Assembly (NCBI GenBank): GCA_965223905.1 | Contig: CBDCXV010000011.1 | Coordinates: forward strand, 1,280,001-1,344,000 | Direction of reading: 5' to 3' | Source of the DNA: Candidatus Latescibacterota bacterium | GTDB taxonomy: Bacteria; Latescibacterota; UBA2968; UBA8231 | DNA: 64,000 bases | Shown here: piece after piece, positions 10,994 through 21,656 of the stretch | How the letters are laid out: each line of letters opens with the position of its first letter | Numbering within the stretch: position 1 is the first letter of the stretch | Notes under the pieces: generated by a model | Databases searched by the model: none | What the model saw: the letters and a program-made list of their open reading frames with translations, nothing else | Told to the model about the DNA's origin: nothing | Made by a program: the position numbers and the translations under genes

Positions 10994-12004
10994 ATGAGTC
11001 GCAGTTTCGTCCTCCGGCGCGTCGCCCTCTTCGTCGTCGTCATCTGGGCCGCGGCCAGCATAAACTTCTTCATACCCAGACTGGCAACGGGTAGGGACCC
11101 CATCCGCGAAAAACTGGGACTGCTCGCGGCCACGGGCGGTCTGCGCCAGGAAGGCGTCGAGGCGATGGTCAAAGCCTACCAGGTCAAGTTCGGTCTCGAC
11201 AAACCGCTCTACGTGCAGTACCTGAACTTCCTCAGCGACACCTTCCGTTTCGACCTGGGATACTCGCTGGCCAACTATCCGATTCGCGTTGGCCGGATGA
11301 TCGGCGATGCCATGCCGTGGACGATCGGATTGCTGCTGGTCGCCACGTTAATGGGGTTCTCCGCCGGCACCTTGACGGGGGCCCTGGCCGCCTGGCCACG
11401 CGCGCCGGCTTTCTTCCGGCATGCCGTGTTCCCCTTGATGACGCTGTCGGCGATTCCCCCATATCTCCTCGGCCTGGTCGTCCTCTACTTCCTGGGCTTG
11501 CAGTGGAAGCTGTTTCCTCTTTCGGGTGGATATGGGCCCGGGACCCTACCCAGCTTCAGGCTCGACTTCATCCTGGAGGTCATGCACCATTCCACCCTGC
11601 CCGCGCTGGCCATCGTCCTGCAATCGATGGGATTCTGGGCTCTTGGCATGCGCGGCATGATGGTCAGCACCACAGGCGAGGATTTCATGGCCCTGGCCCA
11701 TGCCAACGGCTTGAGACGGCCCACCATATTTCTTCGGTACGCGGTGCGCAACGCGTTCCTGCCACAGTATACGGCGCTGGGACTCTCCCTGGCATTCGTC
11801 GTGACCGGACAGGTGATTGTCGAGGTGATTTTCGCTTATCCTGGTGTCGGGACCTTGCTGTTCAAAGCCATCCAGGGGTCTGATTACACCGTTATCAACG
11901 GCATCGTTTTCATCACCATCCTGTCCATCGGGCTGGTGACGATGGTTATGGATTTCACCTATCCACTGCTCGACCCCCGAATATCCCATCACCGGCACGA
12001 CTGA
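10994..12004 (+). CDS. Dpp/Opp-type ABC transporter permease (DppB-like)
   Basis: Motifs FGLDKPLYVQY, FDLGYS, EAA-loop-like FMALAHANGL and FAYPGVG; multiple TM segments. Confidence 0.9.
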   Translation: MSRSFVLRRVALFVVVIWAAASINFFIPRLATGRDPIREKLGLLAATGGLRQEGVEAMVKAYQVKFGLDKPLYVQYLNFLSDTFRFDLGYSLANYPIRVGRMIGDAMPWTIGLLLVATLMGFSAGTLTGALAAWPRAPAFFRHAVFPLMTLSAIPPYLLGLVVLYFLGLQWKLFPLSGGYGPGTLPSFRLDFILEVMHHSTLPALAIVLQSMGFWALGMRGMMVSTTGEDFMALAHANGLRRPTIFLRYAVRNAFLPQYTALGLSLAFVVTGQVIVEVIFAYPGVGTLLFKAIQGSDYTVINGIVFITILSIGLVTMVMDFTYPLLDPRISHHRHD

Positions 12005-12006
12005 TA

Positions 12007-12864
12007 GTGGAACGTCTGCTGGCCGCCCTGCTCTATCTGCGAGAGAGCCCCATGCTCGGTGGCGGGTTGGCGGTGATGGGCCTGATCCTGGTGTTCGCGC
12101 TGGCGGGTCCCCTCTTTGTGGACACCGATGCGGCGCAGCCGCTGTCTGCCACTCCCCGTTTGGCCCCTTCAGGGGCGCACCCGTTCGGCACGGACGATTC
12201 GGGGCGGGATTTGCTCGCGGTCATGGTCGTCGGCGTGCCGTTGACCTTGCGCATCGGCTTTCTGGCAGGGGCGGTCGGCCTCGGGATCGGCATCGTTCTC
12301 GGATTCCTCAGCGGCTACGTGGGCGGCAAGATCGATGCCGTCGTGCGGGGCACCGTCGACACGCTGCTGACGGTTCCCGGCCTCGTCGTGCTGATCTCCA
12401 TCGCCTCGACCATTCGAGAGGAGATCAGTGTCAACCTGATGGCGTTGGTGGTCGCCTCTCTCGCTTGGATGTGGCCTACCCGGACCATCCGGTCTCAGGT
12501 TTTGACTCTGCGGACGAGAGCCTACGTGGACATGGCAAAGCTCAACGGCATGAACACGATGGAGATTATCTGGCGCGAGCTGGTCCCCAACCTGCTTCCC
12601 TACCTGGCCTCCAACCTGGCAGGCGCCGTGTCGTGGGCGATCCTGGCCACGATCGGCCTCGAAGCCCTCGGCTTGGGTCCGCAGAACGAGCCCACCGTCG
12701 GCATGACCATCTACTGGTCGATCACCTTCAGCGCCCTCATCCGCGGCCTGTGGTGGTGGTGGTCGATTCCCATCGTCTTCCTGGTGCTGCTGTTCGTCAG
12801 CTTGATCATGATCGCCGCAGGCCTCGACGAGCTGGCCAATCCCAAGCAGCGCAGGGCGGTCTGA
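12007..12864 (+). CDS. Dpp/Opp-type ABC transporter permease (DppC-like)
   Basis: Motifs PSGAHPFGTDDSGRDLL, RSQVLTLR and GLDELANP. Confidence 0.9.
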   Translation: MERLLAALLYLRESPMLGGGLAVMGLILVFALAGPLFVDTDAAQPLSATPRLAPSGAHPFGTDDSGRDLLAVMVVGVPLTLRIGFLAGAVGLGIGIVLGFLSGYVGGKIDAVVRGTVDTLLTVPGLVVLISIASTIREEISVNLMALVVASLAWMWPTRTIRSQVLTLRTRAYVDMAKLNGMNTMEIIWRELVPNLLPYLASNLAGAVSWAILATIGLEALGLGPQNEPTVGMTIYWSITFSALIRGLWWWWSIPIVFLVLLFVSLIMIAAGLDELANPKQRRAV

Positions 12865-13859
12865 TGACGCGTTCGGGGAGCCGCATACTGCTGCAGACCG
12901 CGGGGCTGGAGGTTCAGTACGAGACGCGCCGGGGTATCGTCCGCGCCGTCAACGAACTGGACCTGACGCTCTACGAAGGGGAGCGCTTCGGTCTGGTCGG
13001 CGAGTCCGGAAGCGGCAAGACCACGGCCATCCTGGCACTGCTGCGCTTGATCGAGGCACCCGGACGTATCGCCGCGGGTGAAATCCACATGGATGGCGTC
13101 GATCTGTTGCAGCTGTCGGAAGAAGAGATGAGGCAGGTTCGACTGGCCCGCATCGCCATGGTCCCGCAGGGCGCGATGAATTCGCTCAATCCAGTCGCGC
13201 GAGTCGGGGATCAGATGCGACTGACGATACTCGAACACGAACGGGAGCTGAACAGGGACGACGCCGAGAGCCGTGTCGTCGAGCTGTTGCAGATGGTCGG
13301 CCTCTTGCCTTCTGTAGCGAAGCTGTATCCCCATGAGCTCAGCGGCGGCATGAAGCAGAGAGTGTGTGTCGCCACCGCCATCTCGCTCCGCCCGCGGCTG
13401 ATCCTGGCAGACGAACCGACGAGTGCCCTGGACGTGGTCGTCCAGCGTCAGATCATGCAGACGTTGCGCTCGTTGCAGGAGCGCATTAACGCGACGGTCC
13501 TGCTGGTGGGACACGACATGGGGCTGATGGCGCAGTTCGTCGAACGCATCGGCATCATGTACGGAGGCAGACTGGTCGAAGTGGGAAATGTGCAGGATAT
13601 CTTCCGCAACCCGCGTCATCCCTACACGCAGTTGCTGATATCGAGTATCCCTTCCTTCGAGACCCGGGGAGAGTTCAAAGGCATCCCCGGCGTCGGACTG
13701 TCGCTGCTGCACCCGCCCAGCGGCTGCCTCTTCCACCCTCGGTGTCCACGCGCCCTGGAGGAATGCGCGGAGGCGGTCCCAACTCTCAACCGTGTGACCG
13801 ACACCCAAAGCGCCGCCTGCCTGCTGTACGGAGAGGAGCATCATGCCTCCGATACTTGA
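12864..13859 (+). CDS. Dpp/Opp-type ABC ATPase (DppD-like)
   Basis: Motifs GESGSGKT, YPHELSGGMKQR, ADEPTSALD, HPYT and GCLFHPRC. ATG overlaps the upstream TGA. Confidence 0.92.
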   Translation: MTRSGSRILLQTAGLEVQYETRRGIVRAVNELDLTLYEGERFGLVGESGSGKTTAILALLRLIEAPGRIAAGEIHMDGVDLLQLSEEEMRQVRLARIAMVPQGAMNSLNPVARVGDQMRLTILEHERELNRDDAESRVVELLQMVGLLPSVAKLYPHELSGGMKQRVCVATAISLRPRLILADEPTSALDVVVQRQIMQTLRSLQERINATVLLVGHDMGLMAQFVERIGIMYGGRLVEVGNVQDIFRNPRHPYTQLLISSIPSFETRGEFKGIPGVGLSLLHPPSGCLFHPRCPRALEECAEAVPTLNRVTDTQSAACLLYGEEHHASDT

Positions 13860-14874
13860 GGCGCGACGGGTCCGCAAGGTGTTCCACGGCGGCGGCGTAT
13901 TCGGCCGCGGGTCGGAAACGGTGGCCGTGGAGGATTTCTCCCTGAGCGTGTCCCCCGAATCGCCGTCCTTCATCACGATCGCCGGCGAGAGCGGCAGCGG
14001 CAAGACGACGATCGCCCGGCTGCTCCTCGGCCTCGCAGCCCCCTCCAGGGGTCAGGTTCTCTATCAGGGCGACGACGTGCAGAAACTCAAGGGCGACAGA
14101 CTGCGAGCCTTTCGCAAGGACGTGCAGGCTATCTTCCAGGATCCCTTCGAGGTGTACAACCCGTTTTACAAGGTGGACCATATCCTGACAACGCCGATCC
14201 GCAAGTTCAGACTCGCCGACTCGAAGGCCCAGGCCCGCGAACTGGCCGCCGACGCTCTGGAGACGGTGGGCTTACGGCCCGACGAGACCCTCGGTCGCTA
14301 TCCACACCAGTTGAGCGGGGGACAGCGCCAGCGCATTACCGTCGCGCGGGCGTTGATTTTGAAACCTCGGTTGATTATCGCCGACGAGCCGGTGTCCATG
14401 GTCGACGCCTCCCTGCGGGCGACGATCCTCGAGAGCATGCATCGACTGTACAGCGAGTTTGACATTTCCTTCATTTACATCACGCACGATTTGACCACGG
14501 CCTTCCAAGTCACCGACAACATCATCATTCTCTACCATGGCGCCGTGGCGGAAGCAGGGCCGGTAGAGGAGGTAATCGATGATCCGAAGCACCCTTATAC
14601 CAGGGAGTTGATCGGTGCCATCCCGGTTCCAGACCCGACCGTGGGATGGCTCGACGACAAGGTCGCACAGACTGCGGATGAAGACATGTCGACCGAAGCC
14701 GGCGGATCGGGATGCAACTACGCCGCTCGCTGCGTCGATGTCATGAAGCGCTGCCGATCGGAGGTCCCGGCACTATATCGGACCGACGCCGGTCGGGCAT
14801 GCGCCTGCTTCCTGCACGAGGCGGCGCCCACCCGAGTGCAGGGAGACATAGCAACCCTCTTTACGGACTCGTGA
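13843..14874 (+). CDS. Dpp/Opp-type ABC ATPase (DppF-like)
   Basis: Motifs GESGSGKTT, IFQDPF, YPHQLSGGQRQR and ADEPVSMVDAS. Confidence 0.92.
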   Translation: MPPILEARRVRKVFHGGGVFGRGSETVAVEDFSLSVSPESPSFITIAGESGSGKTTIARLLLGLAAPSRGQVLYQGDDVQKLKGDRLRAFRKDVQAIFQDPFEVYNPFYKVDHILTTPIRKFRLADSKAQARELAADALETVGLRPDETLGRYPHQLSGGQRQRITVARALILKPRLIIADEPVSMVDASLRATILESMHRLYSEFDISFIYITHDLTTAFQVTDNIIILYHGAVAEAGPVEEVIDDPKHPYTRELIGAIPVPDPTVGWLDDKVAQTADEDMSTEAGGSGCNYAARCVDVMKRCRSEVPALYRTDAGRACACFLHEAAPTRVQGDIATLFTDS

Positions 14875-15154
14875 CCTGATCGCCGTAAATTGCGCGCCGC
14901 GGTGTCCGCGGCCGCTCGCACATTCCCCAGAACCTTGCGCGCAATTCCCCCCGACTCCGACGCCGTGTCCTCCTTCTTCCTGGGTTTTCGAAATGGAAGT
15001 CCCGGCAGGTCCACGGGAACAGCCGCGGCCGAAGAAAGTCGAGATCCCTGCGGATGATCCCTTTCGGAAAAGGTTTGTCAGCTCCCGCCCGTCATGCGTG
15101 GAATGCAGTGCCGCAGCGGCATCAACACACCATTCCCAATATCAGGACCATCGT

Positions 15155-16849
15155 TCATCGGCCGATCAGGATCGTCACCCGGTGCGGCTCGGTTCCCGGC
15201 GGCCGTTTCCGGGCTCCGTGAGCATCGCGCAGGGTGAACGGGTGATGCACGAGGATGTCCTGCCTGCCGTCCCTGTCGAGGTCCACCAGCCAGGCGAACT
15301 CCCCGTCGTGCAGCGACACCGCCACCTTCCTGGGCCGCCGGGCGAACAGGTCCGGCCCCGGAACTCCGGCAAAAACGTCAAGCTCTCGGAATTCGGGTTC
15401 GATCAGCAGGTCCGAGCGGCCGTCGCCGGTCACGTCCCCGATGAGCAAGGCCCGGTTGAATGCGCGCGGCCAGGCTTGTTGCGTCATGCGGCTCTCGTGC
15501 GTCCCCCCTCGGAGCAGGATGTCCAGTGGAACCCAACCCGGTTCGCGATGACTGGGCACACCGTCCAGCGCAATTCTGTGGATGGCGTTGGGTGCGTCCG
15601 GGAAGGGGCCGTCTCCCGTTCGGTAGAACTCGAGATTCAGGACGACGTCATCCCCCATGAACCCCTTGATTCTCTTCCAGAGACTGCTCTCGAGGAACCT
15701 CGCCTCGATAGTCGTGAACATCAGGTCGATATGGCCGTCGCCATCGAAGTCGTGACGGTCCATCCCGAGCTGAATGTTGCCGTCCGACTGGAACCTGGCC
15801 CCGGCCTCCGGCGCGAAAACGGTACCGCCACCGGGTGTCCGGGCGCCGAAATGCACCTCGCAGGCGGAACGCTTGCTGGAGATGCGACTGCCCTCCAGCG
15901 AGAAAACCACCAGGTCGGCGACGCCATCGCCGTTCAGGTCGGTCAACGAGTGCAGCGCCCTCCCCGTCATGTCTCCGGTGGCGAGCGAGGAGAGATCGTC
16001 CGATTCGAACTCCACCTCGGTTGTGAAGGTCCGGCCCACAGGGGGAAACAGACCGCGCTCGTCCTGGAGATGAACTACGAAGTGGTCCTCGTTCCAGAAC
16101 ACCAGGTCCCCGCGACCATCTCCGTTGTAGTCCATCTCGTGGATACGGCTCTGGCTCCAGGGATCGTATCGGTAACCGTCGGCTCCCAGAATCCGGCGCA
16201 TGTCGGTGGAGGGGCCGATCTTCACCGGATCTGCGTAGGTTCCGCCGCTCATCTGGATGAACACCCGGAAGCCGTCGACATCCGGCACCAGAAGGTCGTC
16301 GCGGCCGTCGCCGTTCACGTCACGGGTGACGTCCACATGGGGAATTTCCGTTTTGCGAGGGGGGGCGAAGTTGGAAGAAACCGCAAGCAGCGGGCGCTCC
16401 GTCCCCGATTCGGGATCGAACCAGCTCAGGCGGCCGGGTTCGAAGGTGACCAGCCGGTCGCGGCCGCCGATGCCGGCCACGTCGACGAAAGCCACTTCGG
16501 GACGCAGGGTTGCCTCGAGTCCCGGAACCCAGGTGCCGTCGCCGAAGGCGTAGATGCGCAAGAGGCGGTCGCCGCTGTCTTCGACGGTCAGCACCGCAAG
16601 TTCCGCGACAGCCCCGCCGAGAAGGAATCCCGTCAGAACGGTCTGGCGTTTCGCCAGGCCGGTGACAACCTCGAACTGCTCGAAACCGAATTCCGCGGCA
16701 ACAGATTCCCCTATCCAGGTTCCCTCCGGGGTCGTGAATCTCGACAGGAATACGGCAAGAACCAGTATGAAGAACCGGCTGCGTCGATACTGCCTCCGAC
16801 ACCGTTCCAGGGGAACCCTTTCCCCAGGGAGGAATCGAATCATTTTCAT
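15155..16849 (-). CDS. FG-GAP/VCBS repeat-containing exported protein
   Basis: Repeated DxNGDGxxDL motifs (DVNGDGRDDL, DYNGDGRGDL, DLNGDGVADL, DFDGDGHIDL, DVTGDGRSDL, DLDRDGRQDI) and a hydrophobic N-terminal segment. Exact start uncertain. Confidence 0.8.
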   Translation of the reverse strand: MKMIRFLPGERVPLERCRRQYRRSRFFILVLAVFLSRFTTPEGTWIGESVAAEFGFEQFEVVTGLAKRQTVLTGFLLGGAVAELAVLTVEDSGDRLLRIYAFGDGTWVPGLEATLRPEVAFVDVAGIGGRDRLVTFEPGRLSWFDPESGTERPLLAVSSNFAPPRKTEIPHVDVTRDVNGDGRDDLLVPDVDGFRVFIQMSGGTYADPVKIGPSTDMRRILGADGYRYDPWSQSRIHEMDYNGDGRGDLVFWNEDHFVVHLQDERGLFPPVGRTFTTEVEFESDDLSSLATGDMTGRALHSLTDLNGDGVADLVVFSLEGSRISSKRSACEVHFGARTPGGGTVFAPEAGARFQSDGNIQLGMDRHDFDGDGHIDLMFTTIEARFLESSLWKRIKGFMGDDVVLNLEFYRTGDGPFPDAPNAIHRIALDGVPSHREPGWVPLDILLRGGTHESRMTQQAWPRAFNRALLIGDVTGDGRSDLLIEPEFRELDVFAGVPGPDLFARRPRKVAVSLHDGEFAWLVDLDRDGRQDILVHHPFTLRDAHGARKRPPGTEPHRVTILIGR

Positions 16850-17500
16850 TCAATCCAGCCCCGGCCCAATTCCACCGCGACGCTCTTCTTGCCCTTGTCT
16901 TCCACCGCCTGATCCGCGTTGTCATCGCCGACGGGTCCGAGGATCTTTATCCCCGAGCATCCATCGACATCGACGGGCATCCCGACAAAGCGCGGCACCT
17001 CGTCCATATAGAGCAATCCCACCCCCGGACTCGGGAACTTCAGCGCATCTCCCGCGCCCAAAGCGGCCAGCTCTCAAGCTCTGGCCCATCTGCGCGATTT
17101 CCTCGACGCTGCATTTCCGACCGCCCTTTTCCCATACCGCGTCCGTCACGAAAAGCGGCGTGCCTTTGACAGCCGCCACGCACATCGCGTCGCTGGGCCT
17201 GGCGTCCAGCTCTGTCACCGTTTCGCCGCTGCGGACCACGGCCACCGCGTAGTAGACATCCTGCTCCAGTTTTTCCACCCGCACCTCCACCAACTCCGCC
17301 TCGAGCGCATCGAGAATGTTGGCCGTCAACTGCGCCCCCAACGGGCGCGGGAAGCTGATTCCTCGACGCAAATACTTCAGCGCGGAGCCCTCGGCCTCGC
17401 CGATCACCACCGGCAATCTGCGTTTGCCATCGCGGTCCAACAGCCAGACCAGGAACTGGTCGCCCTGGGAGATCACATCGGCGATTTCAACCTTGGTCAT
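16846..17500 (-). pseudogene. Bifunctional nuclease (DUF151/BFN) domain protein, probably frameshifted near 17072
   Basis: Motifs RRLPVVIGEAEG, PRPLG and ELDARPSDA. After QSL the alternative frame reads ELAALGAGDALKFPSPGVGLLY and stops overlapping the next gene's ATG (ATGA at 16846-16849). Confidence 0.6.
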
Positions 17501-17581
17501 GTCCTGCTTCCTTTCATCGATATCGCCAGCAATAGCCCAAAAGCCGCTGAAGGCGGGTTGAAGATCGTCCCGCCTGGGAAC

Positions 17582-17909
17582 TCACCCGGCCGCACGATCC
17601 GTTCTTTCAGGTCGCCGAGGAGTCGACGGCGGTTCGTAGCGCACTACCTCGATCTGGTCTTCGCCCCTGCGAGCCTGCGCCAGATCGTACGAAGCCTGCC
17701 GGCGCAGCCAGAACTCCGCGCTCGACCATCCCGCCTTCTCCAGGCGAATGGCCATCTCCGGTGAAACGCCCGCATGGCCGTTCAATACGCGCGAAAAGCG
17801 TGTGGCGGGCGACACCCAACACTCTTGCCGCCTCGGTGACGTTCAGACCAAGAGGTTCCAGGCAGTTCATCCTGATGCTGAGGCCGGGATGGGGGGGGTT
17901 CATGGCCAT
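17582..17909 (-). pseudogene. higA: HigA antitoxin, frameshifted
   Basis: MNPPHPG..LNVTEAARVLGVARHTL continues as SRVLNGHAGVSPEMAIRLEKAGWSSAEFWLRRQASYDL in another frame; one extra base in the A4 run at 17794-17797. Confidence 0.85.
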
Positions 17910-17926
17910 GGTTTTTCGCCTCTTCG

Positions 17927-18070
17927 CTAATGGTAGTCGATCAAGTCGACATCCCAGGCGTCACCCTCCTCAAAGCGGAAGATGATTCGCCGGTTGGCGG
18001 AAATCGAGATGCTCCAGACCCTTTCAGACTACCCTTCAGCGGATGAAGCCGATACCCCGGTAACAGGAAC
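17927..18070 (-). pseudogene. higB: HigB (RelE/ParE-type) toxin remnant
   Basis: Reads LPGYRLHPLKGSLKG then, after a 1-nt deletion, WSISISANRRIIFRFEEGDAWDVDLIDYH*. The N-terminal half is not recognisable. Confidence 0.82.
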
Positions 18071-18492
18071 GCCCATACCCTGGCGGGCAGGGAAGCTCCC
18101 AGCCTAGGGACCGCTGAACCCGCGGAATTCTGGTAGCGGCACCCTGTTATGGCGATTATCTCGCCGGCGCGGCCGCGCTTGCGCCAGGGTTACGTCCACC
18201 GGCTCCAGCCCCCGGACCTGTTCATTCGAGGATCTCCGTCACCATGGCTCAGCAAAGGTAAGCCCGGCACGCCGTCATGAGCCTGCGAGCCGAGGCTGCG
18301 CGCAGCCGCCCCGATTTCATCCTGTTCGTGCCCCGAGGAGGAGGAGGCTATGGAAAGCCCCATACCCCGGCGCCGGAAGCAGCCGTACCACCTCCTGGGT
18401 CAAGGTCTGTGAGGCCACGGGCACTGCCGGGAACGGACCCCTGGTCGCCCGAGGCGACAGTGCACCATCGTAATCAATGGGGAGTTGAGTTC

Positions 18493-21400
18493 ATGAAGGC
18501 GGCAATCATCTGTTCCATCGCGCTGTTCGGGTCTTTCGGCCATGCAGAAGCCCAACCCCTGGTCGAGGGCCGGGTGCGGCTTTCATCGGGCCAACCCGCG
18601 GCCGGCGCCCAGGTGCGGCTGTTCGATCTGTCCGATCTGCGGCGCTCGCTGGCAACGACGACCGATGAGACCGGGTACTTCGCCCTGCCCTCCGGGGCAT
18701 TGCGGGTGCCCGCGGCCGGGGACCTCCACTTGGGGCCGAACTACCCCAATCCGTTCAACCCCTCCACAGTCATCCCGTTCCACCTGCCGGCCTCGACGCC
18801 GGTGCGGCTCGAGGTCTTCAACCTCCTCGGGCAGCGGATCGCCACCCTGGTCGACGGGGAGCTGACCGCCGGATATCACACGGTTCCCTGGAACGGCACG
18901 GACGCCGCGGGGCGGCCGGTCGCCGCGGGGGTCTATCTCTACAGGCTGAGCTTTCCCGGAGGGGCGGAGACCGGGTCGATGGTGCTGACCGACGGCCGGG
19001 CGGGTGCTCCGGGCGCTGGCGGGGGCGCTCCTGCCGCGGCCCCCGGGCAGACCGCGGAGTCCGCCCCGGTGTACGGGCTGACGGTAGCCGGACCTGGCCT
19101 GGAGGCCTTCGTAGACCCGGCCTTCCGGGTGGAGGCAGGCATGGCCCCGGTCGACCTCGTCGTCGAAGCCCTCGGGGGCAGGCCGCGCCCCAAGGCCGCG
19201 GCAGCCTCCGGGCTGTTGGGGGACGTCGACAACAGCGGTCTCGTCGATATCGTCGACGCCCTGCTCCTCGCCATGTACAGCGCCAACCCCTCCATCGTCA
19301 TGCCCAACGGCGGCGACATCTCCCTGGGGGACGTCAACCAGGACGGCACGACCGACTTCACCGACGCCTGGCTCGTCGCCAGATACAGCCTCGATCCGTC
19401 CGATCCCTTGCTACCCCCGGGGATCGGAGAGCCGCTGGCTCCCCCCGCGGCCCTGTCGCCGGACCCGTCCACCGTCGAGTTCGGGAACGACGGCGCCTGG
19501 CACGCCTTCACGGTCCAGGCCGGCGAGCCCGTCGTGGTGGTGGCAAACCCGGGGGAGGGCGCCCCGCTGATGGAGATCAGCGCCAGGAGCACCCGGTTCA
19601 GCTTCTGTCCGGCCGAAGCCGGCGACGCCGTATCGACCGAGGACGGCAGCTCCATCTACCTGTCCGGGTGCGAGGCCGGCACCGGCACGGTCGAGCTGCG
19701 GCGGGCGGAGGACCAGTCGGTCCTGCGGACCTACACCATCGAGATCGAGGATACCGGCGGCAGCCCCCCCGACCTCGTCGTCGACCTCCCTGCGGTCAGC
19801 GACAGCAGCCTGAATACCGGACAGTCCTTCACCCTGAGCGTCACCGTCCGCAACCAGGGGGAGAAGGAATCGGAGGCGACCACCCTGCGCTACTACCGCT
19901 CTACGAACCGAACGATCTCCAGCTGGGATACGGAAGCCGGCACCGGGGCGGTGGGTGCTCTTTCCGCGGCCGGCACCGGCACCTTGTCGATCTCCCTGAC
20001 GGCACCGGCGAGCCCGGGAACCTGGTACTACGGCGCCTGTGTCGAGAGCGTCAGCGGAGAGGGGAACACGCGGAACAACTGCTCCCGAGGGGTGAAGGTG
20101 ACCGTCGGCAGCGCCGACCTCATCGTCGAATCCCCTGCGGCCAGCGACGCCAGCCCGGACGCCGGGGCGGCCTTCACCCTGAGCGCTACGGTCCGCAACC
20201 GGGGAGACAGCCGCTCGACCCTGACGGTGCTGCGCTACTACCGCTCGGATGACGCCACGATCTCGACCAGCGACACGCAGGTCGGCACCGACGCGGTGAG
20301 CTCCCTTTCGGGAAACGCCACCAGCCCCGAGTCGGTGCGGTTGACGGCACCGGCGAACCCGGGAACCTGGTACTACGGGGCCTGCGTCAGGCCCGTGCCC
20401 GGAGAATCCGACACCGGCAACAACTGCTCCGCGGCGGTCGAGGTGACCGTCGCAAGCTCCGACCTGGTGGTCGAGTCCCCCGCGGTCAGCGACGGCAGCC
20501 CGGAGACCGGGGCCTCCTTCACCTTGAGCGCCACGGTCCGCAACCAGGGCAGCAGCCAGTCCGCCTCGACCGTGCTGCGCTACTACCGCTCGCAGGACGC
20601 GGCGATCTCCACGAGCGACGCACAGGTGGGAACCAACGCTGTGGGTGCCCTCCCCGCCTCCGGCACCAGCGCCGAGTCGATCTCCCTGAGGGCTCCGGCG
20701 AGCCCGGCAACCTGGTACTACGGGGCCTGCGTTTCCCCGGTGTCAGGGGAATCCGATACCGGGAACAACTGTTCGTCCGCGGTGGAAGTAACGGTCACGG
20801 CCCCGGAGCCTCGGCTCTCGAAGATGTACTGGACCGACTGGGGAACCGACAGGATTCGCCGCGCCGATCTCGACGGCTCTCAGGTGGAGGAGCTGGTTGC
20901 CGGGGCGGGGCTTGAGGGCCCGGACGGGCTGGCCATCGACGCGGACGGCGGCAGGATGTACTGGACCGACGCGGGCACGGCCAAAATCCAGCGGGCCAAC
21001 CTGGACGGATCCGGGGTGGTAGACCTGGTGACCTCCGGACTCACCATACCCGCGGGGATTGCCCTCGACACGGATGCCGGCAAGATGTACTGGGCCGACG
21101 CCGGCACCGGGAAGATCCAGCGCGGCAACCTCGACGGCTCCGGGGTCGAGGACCTGGTCACCCGGGACGACGGGCTGGCCTTTCCCACGGGGCTGGCTCT
21201 CGATCCGGCGGGAGGGAGGATCTACTGGACGGACCCCGGCACCGACAGGATCCAGCGCGGAAACCTCGACGGCTCCCAGGTGCAGGACCTCGTTACCAGC
21301 GGGATCGACAATCCATCGGCGATCGCCCTCGATTTGAACGGGGGCAGGATGTACTGGACCGACCGCGGCACCCGGAAAATCCAGCGGGCAAACCTCGATG

Positions 21401-21615
21401 GTTCTGGGGTGGAAGACCTGGTCCCCAGGGACCTGGATCTTCCCGGCGGGATGGCGCTGGACCTGCGTGGCGGAAAGATGTACTGGACCGACCGGGGCAC
21501 CGGAAGGATCCTGCGGGCAAACCTCGACGGATCCGGGGTCGAGGAACTCCTGACCAGCGCGGTCGGGTTGGAGAATCCGTCGGGGTTGGCCCTGGCTCCG
21601 GAGGCCGGGAATTGA
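18493..21615 (+). CDS. Secreted modular protein: FlgD/T9SS-CTD-like domain near N-terminus, dockerin-like, 3x CARDB, YWTD (LDLR class B) propeller
   Basis: Signal peptide MKAAIIC..AEA after GGAG RBS; NYPNPFNPST; GDVDNSG..GDVNQDG; three PDLVV..YYGACV..NNCS units; six YWTD-like repeats. Confidence 0.88.
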   Translation: MKAAIICSIALFGSFGHAEAQPLVEGRVRLSSGQPAAGAQVRLFDLSDLRRSLATTTDETGYFALPSGALRVPAAGDLHLGPNYPNPFNPSTVIPFHLPASTPVRLEVFNLLGQRIATLVDGELTAGYHTVPWNGTDAAGRPVAAGVYLYRLSFPGGAETGSMVLTDGRAGAPGAGGGAPAAAPGQTAESAPVYGLTVAGPGLEAFVDPAFRVEAGMAPVDLVVEALGGRPRPKAAAASGLLGDVDNSGLVDIVDALLLAMYSANPSIVMPNGGDISLGDVNQDGTTDFTDAWLVARYSLDPSDPLLPPGIGEPLAPPAALSPDPSTVEFGNDGAWHAFTVQAGEPVVVVANPGEGAPLMEISARSTRFSFCPAEAGDAVSTEDGSSIYLSGCEAGTGTVELRRAEDQSVLRTYTIEIEDTGGSPPDLVVDLPAVSDSSLNTGQSFTLSVTVRNQGEKESEATTLRYYRSTNRTISSWDTEAGTGAVGALSAAGTGTLSISLTAPASPGTWYYGACVESVSGEGNTRNNCSRGVKVTVGSADLIVESPAASDASPDAGAAFTLSATVRNRGDSRSTLTVLRYYRSDDATISTSDTQVGTDAVSSLSGNATSPESVRLTAPANPGTWYYGACVRPVPGESDTGNNCSAAVEVTVASSDLVVESPAVSDGSPETGASFTLSATVRNQGSSQSASTVLRYYRSQDAAISTSDAQVGTNAVGALPASGTSAESISLRAPASPATWYYGACVSPVSGESDTGNNCSSAVEVTVTAPEPRLSKMYWTDWGTDRIRRADLDGSQVEELVAGAGLEGPDGLAIDADGGRMYWTDAGTAKIQRANLDGSGVVDLVTSGLTIPAGIALDTDAGKMYWADAGTGKIQRGNLDGSGVEDLVTRDDGLAFPTGLALDPAGGRIYWTDPGTDRIQRGNLDGSQVQDLVTSGIDNPSAIALDLNGGRMYWTDRGTRKIQRANLDGSGVEDLVPRDLDLPGGMALDLRGGKMYWTDRGTGRILRANLDGSGVEELLTSAVGLENPSGLALAPEAGN

Positions 21616-21656
21616 GATCTGGTACCGTGCGGAGTTTTTTATCAAAGGAGATGTAA

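Noticed and set aside
14993-16912. 639-aa + strand ORF
   Set aside because: Antisense shadow of the FG-GAP gene in GC-rich DNA; no recognisable motifs.
18350-18412. Short ORF MESPIPRRRKQPYHLLGQGL with strong GGAGG run upstream
   Set aside because: 20 codons with no recognisable similarity; cannot be supported from sequence alone.
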